In this document: positions 53,482 through 64,000 of the stretch, in pieces
How the letters are laid out: every line of letters begins with the position of its first letter
How positions within the stretch are numbered: position 1 is the first letter of the stretch
DNA from: Utricularia gibba
Taxonomy: Eukaryota; Plantae; Magnoliophyta
Assembly: GCA_002189035.1 (NCBI GenBank)
Contig: NEEC01000008.1
Span: 2,976,001 to 3,040,000, forward strand
Reading direction: 5' to 3'
Length of the DNA: 64,000 nt
Translations under genes and position numbers: made by a program
The notes under the pieces: model-generated
Seen by the model: only the letters and a program-made list of their open reading frames with translations
What the model was told of the DNA's origin: nothing
Database searches by the model: none

Positions 53482-54127
53482 TCTACACCGCGAGAACACC
53501 ATCGCTGATCATCTTCCCGGCGGGGCACGGCGGAGTTTCGTAGCTGCACTTTTCTTTTTCATTGGATTCCTCCGCCATTATGTGCTTTTGTCGGCACTCC
53601 TCCGTGCAAAACGCCTTTTCTCCCCTGAATTCCGGCATTCCAAGACTCTGAGATCATCTCTTGCATACCCAAAAATCTAGGGATTAAAGAATCGTTGTAA
53701 AGAAGGGATACCTATACATGTAAATATCCTTGCCGTGAAGCGTCCTCCGGCACAAATTACAGGCGTCCAGAAAACCCGGCGGCGGACTGGGGGATGCGCC
53801 GTCCACGGATCTCACGGGAGAAATATGAAAGACACCTCCCCCGCTACTCCTTCTAAGCCGGGTTCTATCTTCAGCGCAAGATTTCTTAGAAGGGATCTCT
53901 CCGACCCCCCACCGGCTCCGGCACACCCTCCCTCTCTCCAATCTCAAATCACTGCCCATGTCCCCAGATTCCTGCAACGCCGCGACGATCCCCAGCCCCA
54001 CGCCCCCGACATCAGAGGCTTTCAACCCTCTGGGCGATCGACTACTGGACCCGACAGCAGCGCGGTGGCCAGAAACAAAGGGTCCGGTGATTATCCCGGG
54101 CACCGGTTCCGAGGATTTGGTTAACAT
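53482..54127 (-). CDS. FLZ: FCS-like zinc finger (FLZ) protein
   Basis: SPRGLK...GGVGLGIVAAL and FLDACNLCRRTLHGKDIYMYR|GEKAFCTEECRQKHI, ending MISDGVLAV*; two exons. Confidence 0.92.
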
Positions 54128-55815
54128 CGCTGCCTCAATCTTACTGCTTCCCGATCCGCAATCTGTGGGAAGGAAGAGCGACGCGAAAAGGAGCAGAGGG
54201 GAGGCTCCCAGTGACGGACTGCTCCTTCTTTATCAACTCCGGAGTGGTTAGAGAGCTGCCCACTGGATGCGGAACTCCATTTTTCCTTGGCGATGGCGAG
54301 CCCACAGTTTGCATGATCGCATACGACACTTCACCTTTTTGTTCTCTTTTTTGTGCCACTCACGCATCTTCCATCTTGTCGGTCGAAGGAAAATGCACTT
54401 TCCCCATACATGTGCGTGAAATAATTGGGTCTATTTATTTTTAAAAGAAAATATAATCAGACTTATAAATAAATGATTTTCTACTATTATTATTATTTTA
54501 TAATTAATGATATATTTAAATAAAATTAAAATTGGGAAAAAGTTAATGATTGGGGATTAGGAGGGTTTTATTTAATAAAAAGAGTGTTTAATTTATTTTA
54601 ATAGCGATTTCGGAGTCCAATGATTGCGAGGGGTTTCCCATTTTGTGGGGCCCATATCGCCTGGATTTGACTCAGCGGGAATCTCTGGGGTTTAGCTGGT
54701 AGGCGATAAATGAGTTGTGTGTAAGTGTAGGTGTGGCCCACGGAAAGGCAAGGAGTGGGGTCCAGAAATGAAATGATGATGCGTCTGCTTTTACTACCGT
54801 GTGGGCCCATGACCTGAGAAGATATTTATTACTGTTCATTATTCAATGACGCCAGACGACGGGTCTGTGGTGCTGCTCCGTCCGTTTCTTAATGACGGAT
54901 ATACCCCTCAATGATTGACCTGCAATGGTACAAAATGCACTCATTAACGTGACATTATTATACATAACTCATATTCTTTAGTCTTTTTCCCAAAAAGATA
55001 AAACGTAAAAAAATTAAAATTGAGTTTTTGAAACAGATAATATCATTTAAAGCAAGAATGAGTTGTGAAAGATCATTAGAGACCATCTGGATCTTTTTTT
55101 ATAAAAAATTTGAAGAATGTTGCATTTACATTATGATATCTTTAATATATTATACTTTATAGTATAAGGTATCTGTTTGGGCGAAAAAATGTGGCACTAG
55201 TTGGGCAGCCTGGCTGGGAGTGGGCACAGCAATTGACCCGTGTAGCCAGGCCCGTTTGGGCCGGCGCTGTGGCCGGCCAGGGATGGAACAAGCCCGAAGC
55301 GGCTATTGAAACCTAGGCCCATAAAACTGAGCCAAGAGGGGATGAGTTCAGAGCGAGAGAGCTTAGTTGGAAGAAGACCAGAACTCATGAATGGTAGCTA
55401 TAGATGCTGTTCCTCGAAGGAACGAACCGTTCATTTGGATGGGTGGAGGTGTTCTAACAGCAAGTTTGGAAGTCTGGGAATGCAGAATCTCGAGAAAGGT
55501 ATGCTTTTGAGACGAATTTAGTGGCAAGCATTGATTTGGAACAAGAGTGCACAGGCGAGGATACTGCTCTCCACGAATAGGTTCAAACCAGATTGTTTCT
55601 GTGAGAAGATAAACGAGTATATGATGAGTGACCGTAGTCTACAGTTCCATACGAAAAAGTGGACTCAAAACGGAGACTTAGACACGAAAGTTGGAAGCTT
55701 TACAAATCACACGGCTAGGTAGAGAGAGGAGTAAGAGGAAGAGGAAGACATTACGTTTACAGAGGGAAGCACCACACGCAGAGGAATGAATCTGGGATCC
55801 CATAGTAAGGGAACC

Positions 55816-56370
55816 TCAAGGAGCGACCTTGGATTCATCTGCAAGATTTATCAAATAAAGAGCGTTGCTTGTCACTCTAGCAACATCTGTAATCTTCTGC
55901 TTCACATCGCTTCTGACTCTGCCATTGATCTCTTTAAACCCGTCTACACACGTCTCCTCATTCGTCAAAGCAGCGCTGACCCATGTCTCCGCGTTGCTCA
56001 TTTGCCACTGGAAGTCGGCGCCCCGCCGGAGACTCTGCAACGCCACCAGCGTTTTCCGGAGCTCCTCCACCGAATCCCCCATTTGCTCCAAGCAATCAGA
56101 AAGTGCGCCCTGTTCTCTGTGCCCCGTCCCCTTCAGTCGCGATAGGAAGTCGGAGGCCTTCTTCACTTGCCCCAGGCTGATCTGAACTCCGGCGAGGGCC
56201 AGATCCCGTGGCGTGGCGGCGGAGCCGCCGTAGGAGGAAAGGGAACGGACGCAGATATCCGGGTAACTGGCATGGACGCAAGACGTACGGATGAGGTCTT
56301 GCTTTACAGAACTCGCCGCGTTTGCGGTGAGAAATGTCCCTGCAACGAGGAGGAGTAGTTGAAAATGCAT
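55816..56370 (-). CDS. Pectin methylesterase inhibitor (PMEI / 21 kDa protein-like), intronless
   Basis: Signal peptide MHFQLLLLVAG, then IRTSCVHASYPDICVRSL, ALSDCLEQMGDSVEEL and SNAETWVSAALTNEETCVDGF, with four conserved Cys. Confidence 0.93.
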   Translation of the reverse strand: MHFQLLLLVAGTFLTANAASSVKQDLIRTSCVHASYPDICVRSLSSYGGSAATPRDLALAGVQISLGQVKKASDFLSRLKGTGHREQGALSDCLEQMGDSVEELRKTLVALQSLRRGADFQWQMSNAETWVSAALTNEETCVDGFKEINGRVRSDVKQKITDVARVTSNALYLINLADESKVAP

Positions 56371-57524
56371 CGCTTTTTCTTGAGGCTGCGGCGTCCCAGC
56401 GAAGCAGAAGATATGAAATGCTTGTGATTCCGATGGGTTGTTATCTGATCTCACGGTTGTCTTAGTTTTGCGCAGCCCACTGGTCCTGCATTTGGACAAT
56501 CTAAAAGGAGGCGTATTAGGATGCAATATACAATATATATATAATAAAAATATATATCTCCATAGAGCATATTTATTATTATATTAATGAAATAATCGAC
56601 ATGACGCCCAAAATGTCAAGAAAACATAGAAAACGATTAGAATTCGGCGAGGGAAGTGGGCATTTTTCAAGCATTATCTGTAGTTACATGCACATGGGTG
56701 ACATATTTCTCTATTATGACATTTCATACCATGATAACATAAATATACGTCATATATTGAAAATAAAGAAAAAAAAACTTATTTTATACGATAAAAAATA
56801 TTCTCTTAAATACACAATTTGAATGAAGAACACGTATACTATCCAAACATAGTTATCTTAAATTTATGAGAGGATGTTTGGTAGGTTTATTTAACTATTT
56901 GGATATAAGTACGTTGATAATAAGGTATGTTTGTTTGATTAATTTAAAATACACGAGTGTTTTACAAAACTATTATAAAATACTTTAATTAGATATTGCA
57001 AAACTTAAATTTTAAATGGGTTTTGCTAAACAACTAAATTTATAAAATATTTTTTTAAATATATCTATCAAATATAATATTATATTTATATATATATATA
57101 AAATAAATTTTTATTTTAACTATAAAATACATATTTATCTAAATACAAATTCTTATTATTATATATATCCTAAGAAACACTTCAAGACAACTTATGTTAC
57201 ACAAGCATTAAAAAATAAATTTGTATTTTAATAAATGGATTTTGGGTGGGCGGGGATAATAATATAATAAATAATATTGGGGTGTAATTAATTTACCAGT
57301 GGGTCCCACGAGTTCAGGCATGGCACGTGACTCTTTAATGTGCACGTGCCATGTCTGCTCATTCATTCATCTTTGCGAGTGCTGCTGCGCTCTCGGATTC
57401 TCGACCCGGCCCATCATAGGCGGGCCACTCATTATTGTTTTTAGGGGAGCCCACTAGTCCATACGCTGGTATGGTATGGTAAGGTACCCACCTCATCACA
57501 CCCCATATCCAAATACATCAGGTA

Positions 57525-57599
57525 TATAATAGTAATTCAACTTAATACGATAATGTTCATATGGGTATAATAGTAATTCAATCTAATACGATAATGTTC
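57525..57599. repeat. Short direct duplication (34 bp x2, period 41)
   Basis: TATAATAGTAATTCAA(CT/TC)TAATACGATAATGTTC at 57525 and 57566. Confidence 0.85.
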
Positions 57600-58311
57600 T
57601 ACGATTGGTCATTGGACTTATTGAAATCCAAGCTCAAATACATGGTACGAGTCTATGCAAATGACAAAAATCGGGCACCTATGTTATATTCGGTATAATT
57701 TTTGAGAAGAAATTTGTAGGAGAATAAAAAATATAAATAGAAAAATAGAAGTGAATCAAGAAAAAAGAGAGAATAATGCAAATATTCCATAAATTGATAA
57801 ATGAAGAAAGAATAGAATAATTGTTCTGATATTATATATTAATGTGTAGTACAATTATGCTCTTTTTAAATATATTTAAATTAAAATAATTAGATTAACA
57901 TGAAATAAACAACAAATAAAGAGACAATGTTAATAAAAAAAATTAAACAATATAAGTTATGTTGTAAAAAATTATTAATTTCTATTTTTAAAAATCATTA
58001 AGAATTTAATGATTAAAAAATGGTGAATGAATTTAAAAACTAATTTATATAGTTTGGGATAATTAATTGCGTGATTAACAGATTTTAAAAATTAGGGCAT
58101 TAGTTCTGAAAACGATGTCGTTTTTTTTCGAACTTATCCAATAAAGAACTCTCGAGAATGAAGCAGCACGGTACTGTCAGCAGTGAGAAAAAAGGGAAAA
58201 AAATTAGCCGCTTTTGGATATGAAGGCAGGCCAACTGGCATGTTGATCATGTCGGTCGGAGGGGTATAGATTGGTGCGCGGATAGCTCTCACTGGCGTAT
58301 AGATCACAACG

Positions 58312-59755
58312 ATGGAGGAAGATGTCTTTCCGGCCGCTGAATTGATAAGGTCTTGTTGTTTGTCCTTTTTGGGATTTCGGGGTGTGACTGTTCAGTCGAC
58401 GCGATTGGCCGAGTTGCCGACATTTTTTTCCAAAGATACGTCTTTTTTTTGTATGGGTCTATGAGAACTTTGCTGATTCCTGCTCACTAGACCGTTTAGT
58501 TCGCTATTGTTTTGTAATTTGATGAAATAGGAAATGCAGTTATTGAAGTTTCGATTTGGGGGACTACCGTGTCTCTGAACTTTGTTGTTCCATGAAAACA
58601 CGTCTCTTGGGTGCTCCGATTGAATTTCATTTTCTGGAAGTTGAGTAACGGAAACTGGGTATCAATGAATCTGATCTTGCTAGTTCCGTTACACTTTTTT
58701 CACAGTAGCTGGTCAGTCTCACTTAGCTGCAGCTCTTCTTTTGAAATATGTTATTATTTTTGTAATTTGGGAGCGTGCCGAAAAATTTGAGCGTTCTCAA
58801 CAGTAGATTACGTCTTGTAATACGTATTTGGTTGTAGAATGTGATTGTTTACCCAGAGACCAGCTTACAATCAACTGGGAAAGAACATCCTCTATCCTGG
58901 ATGATCCTGCTTCACCCTTAAGAAGTCAATTTGTGTAGTGTAGACGTGAGCTGAGGCATTGGCATTTCTTTCTCTTTGAAACAAATCATTTGTGATATAA
59001 TTGCTTGCTCATTGATGTATATTGTGAACCAGGAATTTTTGCAGTTTTGTGTTCTGCTATCCTTCTTTTTTAGCCTTTTTGCAATGGAGCTTAGCATTGA
59101 TCTTATATTTCTTGTTGTCCTCTTTGTAACAGGATCATCTACCCGAACAGGAAAAGAAAATACGGAGTCGAGCATTTGGAAATCCCACTGCTAAAACATG
59201 ATTCCCGTTATCATGGACATGTTTTCACCTCCCCATCTGATTTGACCTCTGAGAAGAAGAAATGCAGAAACGACACTTTTGCCAGTGAAGATGAACCAGT
59301 CCCAATGTCTTCAGAAGAAAACTCAACTTTCAACAACTACTCTGATTCAGTTTCATTCCGAAATGATGGCGCTTCATTTTCTCCAATTTACAACTTAACT
59401 AATTTCAATTCTGATTCACTGGAACTCAGTGCAGAGGCAACATCCATCCCTGAGGAATTTGAGTTTCTCACCAACAATGCACTGTATTATCATCACAGTG
59501 ACTCCGAGGACGAACCACAAAGCTTTCAACTCTGTATGGTCTGCAAAAGCTTAAAGGGTGCATCTCCAACAGCAGATCATCCCGAGTTTTGCCAATGCCA
59601 CGATTCAGGTAGCTAGAGTCTTCTATCCCATCTCCAGCTTCCCTTCCTTTACAACACTAACATCCCCTTCCATGTGACTTGCAGGTGCTCAAGCAGCGCC
59701 CCAGAAAACAATCGACAAGGAGTTTGAAGAGTACTTTTCCATGCTTATGCTGTAA
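58312..59755 (+). CDS. FHL: FAR-RED ELONGATED HYPOCOTYL1 / FHL-like phyA nuclear import adaptor
   Basis: Exons 58312..58349, 59133..59608 and 59685..59755 join in phase. N-terminal NLS-like NRKRK; C-terminus KTIDKEFEEYFSMLML*, the FHY1/FHL signature. Confidence 0.82.
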
Positions 59756-60466
59756 TTACAAGATACTTAGGACCCCAAAACTGGGATTAGTTGCTCTTAT
59801 GAGTTGCCTTCCAGAACTGTGATGAGCTCGTCCATCCATTTCCAAGCACCCGCAACTTGTTCCTGAACTAGTTAGGTTTAGTGGGCTCGAAAGCAAATGA
59901 GTATATAACTGTGTGCTTTCCCCTTTCCCTCCCACTTGGTCTAAAGCAATGTACGAGTGTTTGTTGATTTTAAAAATTTTCAATTATAATTGTATTAATC
60001 TAAAAAAAATGTATGAACTATTTTCATCTTATACTATATTGTTTATTTTATATTTTTAAATTTTATAGTTTTACGTTTTTTTTTCTTTGGGGGATAAGAA
60101 TTTTTATAAAATTAGTAAGATTTTTTTATTTAAGTACAGTCATACTTCATTTGTAATTAATTTGGAATATCATCACAAGATCAAATTTTGTTTAACATTA
60201 GGAAAATGTATTTTATGCATATATTATATAAGTTATATAATTTATTTCGTATTCAGTCAAATATTTCGAATTAGAAATTTTTTCTAATGCAAAATATTTT
60301 CAATTTCTCGTTATTTAGAAACGCATTACGTTTTAACATATGGAAATATGGAATTTGTATGTGGAATTAGTTCCTTAAACTTGTCCCATCACGAGACCGT
60401 ACGACTAACCGAAAGCAGAAAATAACAAACTAAAGGTTCCCGAGCAAAACTAACAATGAAGCTCAA

Positions 60467-60664
60467 TCAAGCCCAAGCGACACCTCCCTTTGCCACAGCA
60501 GCGAAGAAGGTATCTAGCTCCGGCGACTGGAAGTATCCGTTCCTGGGAGGATCTCGCTTGCTCCGGGGACCAATCCTCCGCTTCCTCGGCAATGGAGGCG
60601 GCGGACAAGTGATCGCCGGTGGGATCATGTTCCGGGGAGTGGTGCAGCCTTGGTCCTCGTCCAT
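60467..60664 (-). CDS. SMR: SIAMESE-RELATED (SMR) CDK inhibitor
   Basis: [27 protein letters not shown]...[12 protein letters not shown] carries the C.TP, CPPPP.K and FF..P.L..FF motifs of SMR proteins. Confidence 0.9.
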   Translation of the reverse strand: MDEDQGCTTPRNMIPPAITCPPPPLPRKRRIGPRSKRDPPRNGYFQSPELDTFFAAVAKGGVAWA

Positions 60665-61900
60665 CCGCGTCTGCGTCCTCGCCGGATGTGGAAAGAAAGT
60701 GGCGGAGAAGGAACAGGGATACGAGACGGAGACACCCGAGCGCGGTAAGAGGAGAAAAGAGACGAGTGCGGAGTGAAATTGTACTACCGCAGTAGGCAGC
60801 AGCAGGGGGGGAAAGGGTGACAGTAAACTATTGGTTGGCACCGACTTAATCTGCCGGCGGTGGGCCATCATCGGCGCCTCTCCACTGTCGTCCGATTGGA
60901 GTTTTGGAGGGAAAAAAAGCTGGGATTTTTTCAGAAAAACTGCACGCACTTTCAAGCGCCTAAATCACCCTGTACGTACACCATAAGCAAACACACACAA
61001 CACACCTGTGGGGCCCACCAAGAAATGAGAATTTATTATTATAAAAAAATTAATAATTTCCATCCTATAATTCCATAATTCTCATTTCATTTCACATACA
61101 TTGCAACAAAAAAATAATATTAATAATAGCCAACATGTAATAGTGTATCCATTTTTCAAAAATTACTCCAAAAAGAGGACAGAAGAATCGGGTCAGTGAG
61201 TGCGGGGCCCCATGAATTTAATATGCTTTTAATTTTTTTTTATTGGCATGTGTGTTTATTATAAATGAAAAATACTTGTTCACTGGATTAACGGAATTGG
61301 TCTTGTGGGTCCATGTCCGACCCATGTATCGAAACCCGATTCCAATTTGGGTACACAGTAAATGGGCTGGGCCGTTTCCTAATTATCAGGTTTGTTTTCA
61401 CCAGCTCCCTTCACGTGCCGGGGGTTGACTGCAGGAAGTTAAGGTGGCACACGACACGACATGACACACCCAATACATCTTTAAACGCCATGGCGGGCCC
61501 CACATGTTGTCCAAAGTCAACTCCAAACAATGAGAATCACAAAGGGTGACAACCAATACCAACTCTTCACATTATATTATGATATGTGGATGAGAAAAAT
61601 GATCAATATTAGAACACCTTCCGGTTTCCAGACTCGGGCAAGACGAGTAAATGAGAAACGGTTCAGGGTTTATTGGGCCGAGACGCCGGCTTGAGGTAAG
61701 GAAGGCGTTCAGGTGGGCGAGCCTCCGCGAATTCATTGGCTGGCGTCGGTTTCCGGTGAGACGTCGTCCACGTCACTCTCTTGGACTTTCCGTTTACCAG
61801 TGGATGTATGGATGGGCCTCATCCACGACAAAAATCTGTCTCACCTGTCCGTGTCCACTAATCACCTCGGTCCAATACCCGAAACAAAAACAAACGAATG

Positions 61901-61973
61901 CGCCCACCGTGGGGCTCGAACCCACGACCACAAGGTTAAGAGCCTTGCGCTCTACCGACTGAGCTAGACGGGC
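61901..61973 (-). tRNA. trnK-CUU: tRNA-Lys (anticodon CUU)
   Basis: GCCCGTCTAGCTCAGTCGGTAGAGCGCAAGGCTCTTAACCTTGTGGTCGTGGGTTCGAGCCCCACGGTGGGCG (73 nt) has a cloverleaf with A and B boxes and a downstream T-run. Confidence 0.98.
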
Positions 61974-64000
61974 TGCTTGTGTTGTTGATTAGGCCATAGT
62001 ATTAGACTGCAAACTGAAAATATGCGGCCCAACTGGCAGGATACGGTCTAAGATACGCGCCTTGTCCGCCGTCTGCACACGGATATTTCGCCGTGAGCGA
62101 TAGGAAAAAATACCGCATATTAATAATACATTAATCATATTTCAAATACCCTAATTCCTACACAAACGCGTCGCGTGTCGCCGTTTTCTAAGAATGTGTA
62201 ATAAATAAGTCACACGTTTTTTTTTTCCAAAAACAGAATAAATGAGAAGAAGACTGTCTCTTCCATTCCGCCAATCACATGACCGTATCGCCTTACATAT
62301 TTCCTTCCGTCCTTCTTTGTACCAACAATAAATAAAATCGTGATTTATTTCAAGGATAAAATCTTGTGAAAAGACACGTGTCAGTCACACAATCCGTTTC
62401 GTAGAACTACAAAAACACCTTATTTTAATTCGAAAATAATTTAAATAAAAAGCCAAAGATAATCTCGTGACAAGACATTTGACGAGATCTAACCATCTGT
62501 TCTCCTGACGCACGTTTGTCGGATTTATCATCACTTCGATTGCGTTAATAGTTTTTTTTTACCACGGTCACGTGCCGTAAATGGGAAAAATCTGCCCTTC
62601 AGATTCTTGTAGTATTCCAACCGGGTTTCCCGATAAAACCGGTCCTGGCTATGGATCCAGCTTTGACAGGTTGAAAGAACCCGGTTCATCATGTACAAGA
62701 AGCATCATTGTGTTCAAATCGTTATAAGCAAAATAAGAAAACAGAATGCGAGAAATAAAATACTAAATTGTTGGGAGGGGGTAACCATACCCCATACGAG
62801 ACATGGGGAATTTCATTGGGTAGTCTACTTTTCTGCTGAACTCTTGAAAGTGAATGTAAATTTGTAAAGATTAGATATTTTAATTAAATAATATCGTACA
62901 ATAAAAAAATGAATTGGCACATTTGATATCATAATCTAATTCGAGTCTAAAATCGATAATGGAGCAAAATTCAATGAGTATGTTGAGTTTTTAAATAAAC
63001 ATCAGGATCGAATACAAGGAATTATAAAGAATTATTAAACGAATACCACATCGATTGTGAATGAAATAGATATATTTTATATAGACATATTATCTAAACT
63101 TTCATAAAACCTTTTTCTATGAAGTAGATAATTTAAATTTATAAGTATTAAGTATACGAAATATACAATATTATGCAATGCGATGATGAATCATTATATT
63201 TGATATTAGAGTCAAAATTAACCACCTAATAGATAAAGTTAGTCAAATTCCACATATGAAGGATTGAATAATTCAAGATATATTATTAATTAAATTATGA
63301 TATGTGTATATTAATTAACCACTCATCCGTTCTCATTCAAACCTTCCATATACCCAACCAGAGTGCGGCGGTTCACCGCCCTACTTACCCATAGAAGTGG
63401 AAAGAAGGAGCCCTACGGGGAGCATTTACCGGTTAACGCTCTGGGTCCGACTTTCTGGTTTGGAGTCATTGACTTCTACACCTAACGTGATTTGAAATCA
63501 GATCGCATCGCCCACCCAAATAACCCGCCATTCCGATCACAAACACGGCGATTCCGATGGATCCCCACGGCGCCCACTTCCCGGAAACTCACCCGCAGAG
63601 CCAGGCTGCAGCTGGTGCAGGATGAGGCTCCAGCAGTAGCCTCCTTTTTTAATCCCTCCTCGTAAACAATGGCGTAGTTAGGCGCTGAATGATCAATAAT
63701 TAATCAATAATCAAATGCAAAGGCGGTGATTAGTCCAAGTCGGCACTCTCATCGGGACACGGGTAGCCCCCAAAGTCAAACTTCCCTGAATCAGAACTCG
63801 TCCAGAAAGGCTGTGCGCTTCCACTCTCTTTTTATTACATGTACGCTTGTTAAAAGAGGCGGTCAAAGGGTAGCCATGGGGTCGGGCTAGGTGGGTGTAA
63901 TTCCGTTTTTATCCCTGGTAGATTGTCGGGATGCCACTAATCTTAAGGGTAAAACGGTAAGAGCATATTAATTAAAAATTTTAAATAAATGAAAATGGGA

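Noticed and set aside
53482-53625. Suspected frameshift in FLZ exon 2
   Set aside because: Recounting the A-runs shows it reads in frame (EKEKCSYETPP).
61700-61900. Possible tRNA-snoRNA dicistron downstream of tRNA-Lys
   Set aside because: A T-run terminator follows the tRNA and no C/D box pair is evident; the known plant cases involve tRNA-Gly/Met.
63043-63053. USE-like motif ATACCACATCG with a TATA-like sequence downstream (snRNA promoter?)
   Set aside because: It mismatches RTCCCACATCG, the downstream DNA is AT-rich with an immediate T-run and no snRNA sequence, and similar words occur in repeat relics.

Overview
Gene-dense nuclear DNA from a flowering plant (eudicot-like; short GT-AG introns, AT-rich intergenic DNA). 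I can support 22 protein-coding loci and one tRNA-Lys(CUU). In order: TLDc (partial), PRMT1, SES1-like saposin, alpha/beta-hydrolase, bHLH041-like, an uncharacterised HKETHG/VKAPN-repeat gene, IQM, RER2/3-like, myosin XI, NF-YA, BIG GRAIN1-like, VPS2, MUSTANG (MUG4-like), ATL RING-H2, RPC4, MED20, B3, GRF, FLZ, PMEI, FHY1/FHL-like, SMR. miR169 and miR396 target sites are also present. I found no CRISPR array, rRNA or intact transposon, and no evidence for a new multi-gene system. The best leads are gene-level anomalies: an in-frame TAG in the repeat-protein gene, 1-bp frameshifts in BG1-like and GRF, an FHY1-like protein whose conserved pre-terminal motif is replaced by a Cys/His cluster, an ATL with an intron and a shortened RING, and a 26-aa duplication in SES1. 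Both frameshifts can be repaired at C/G runs, so assembly error is a serious alternative. All exon models were built by eye and family assignments are from memory of the protein families; no database searches were run.
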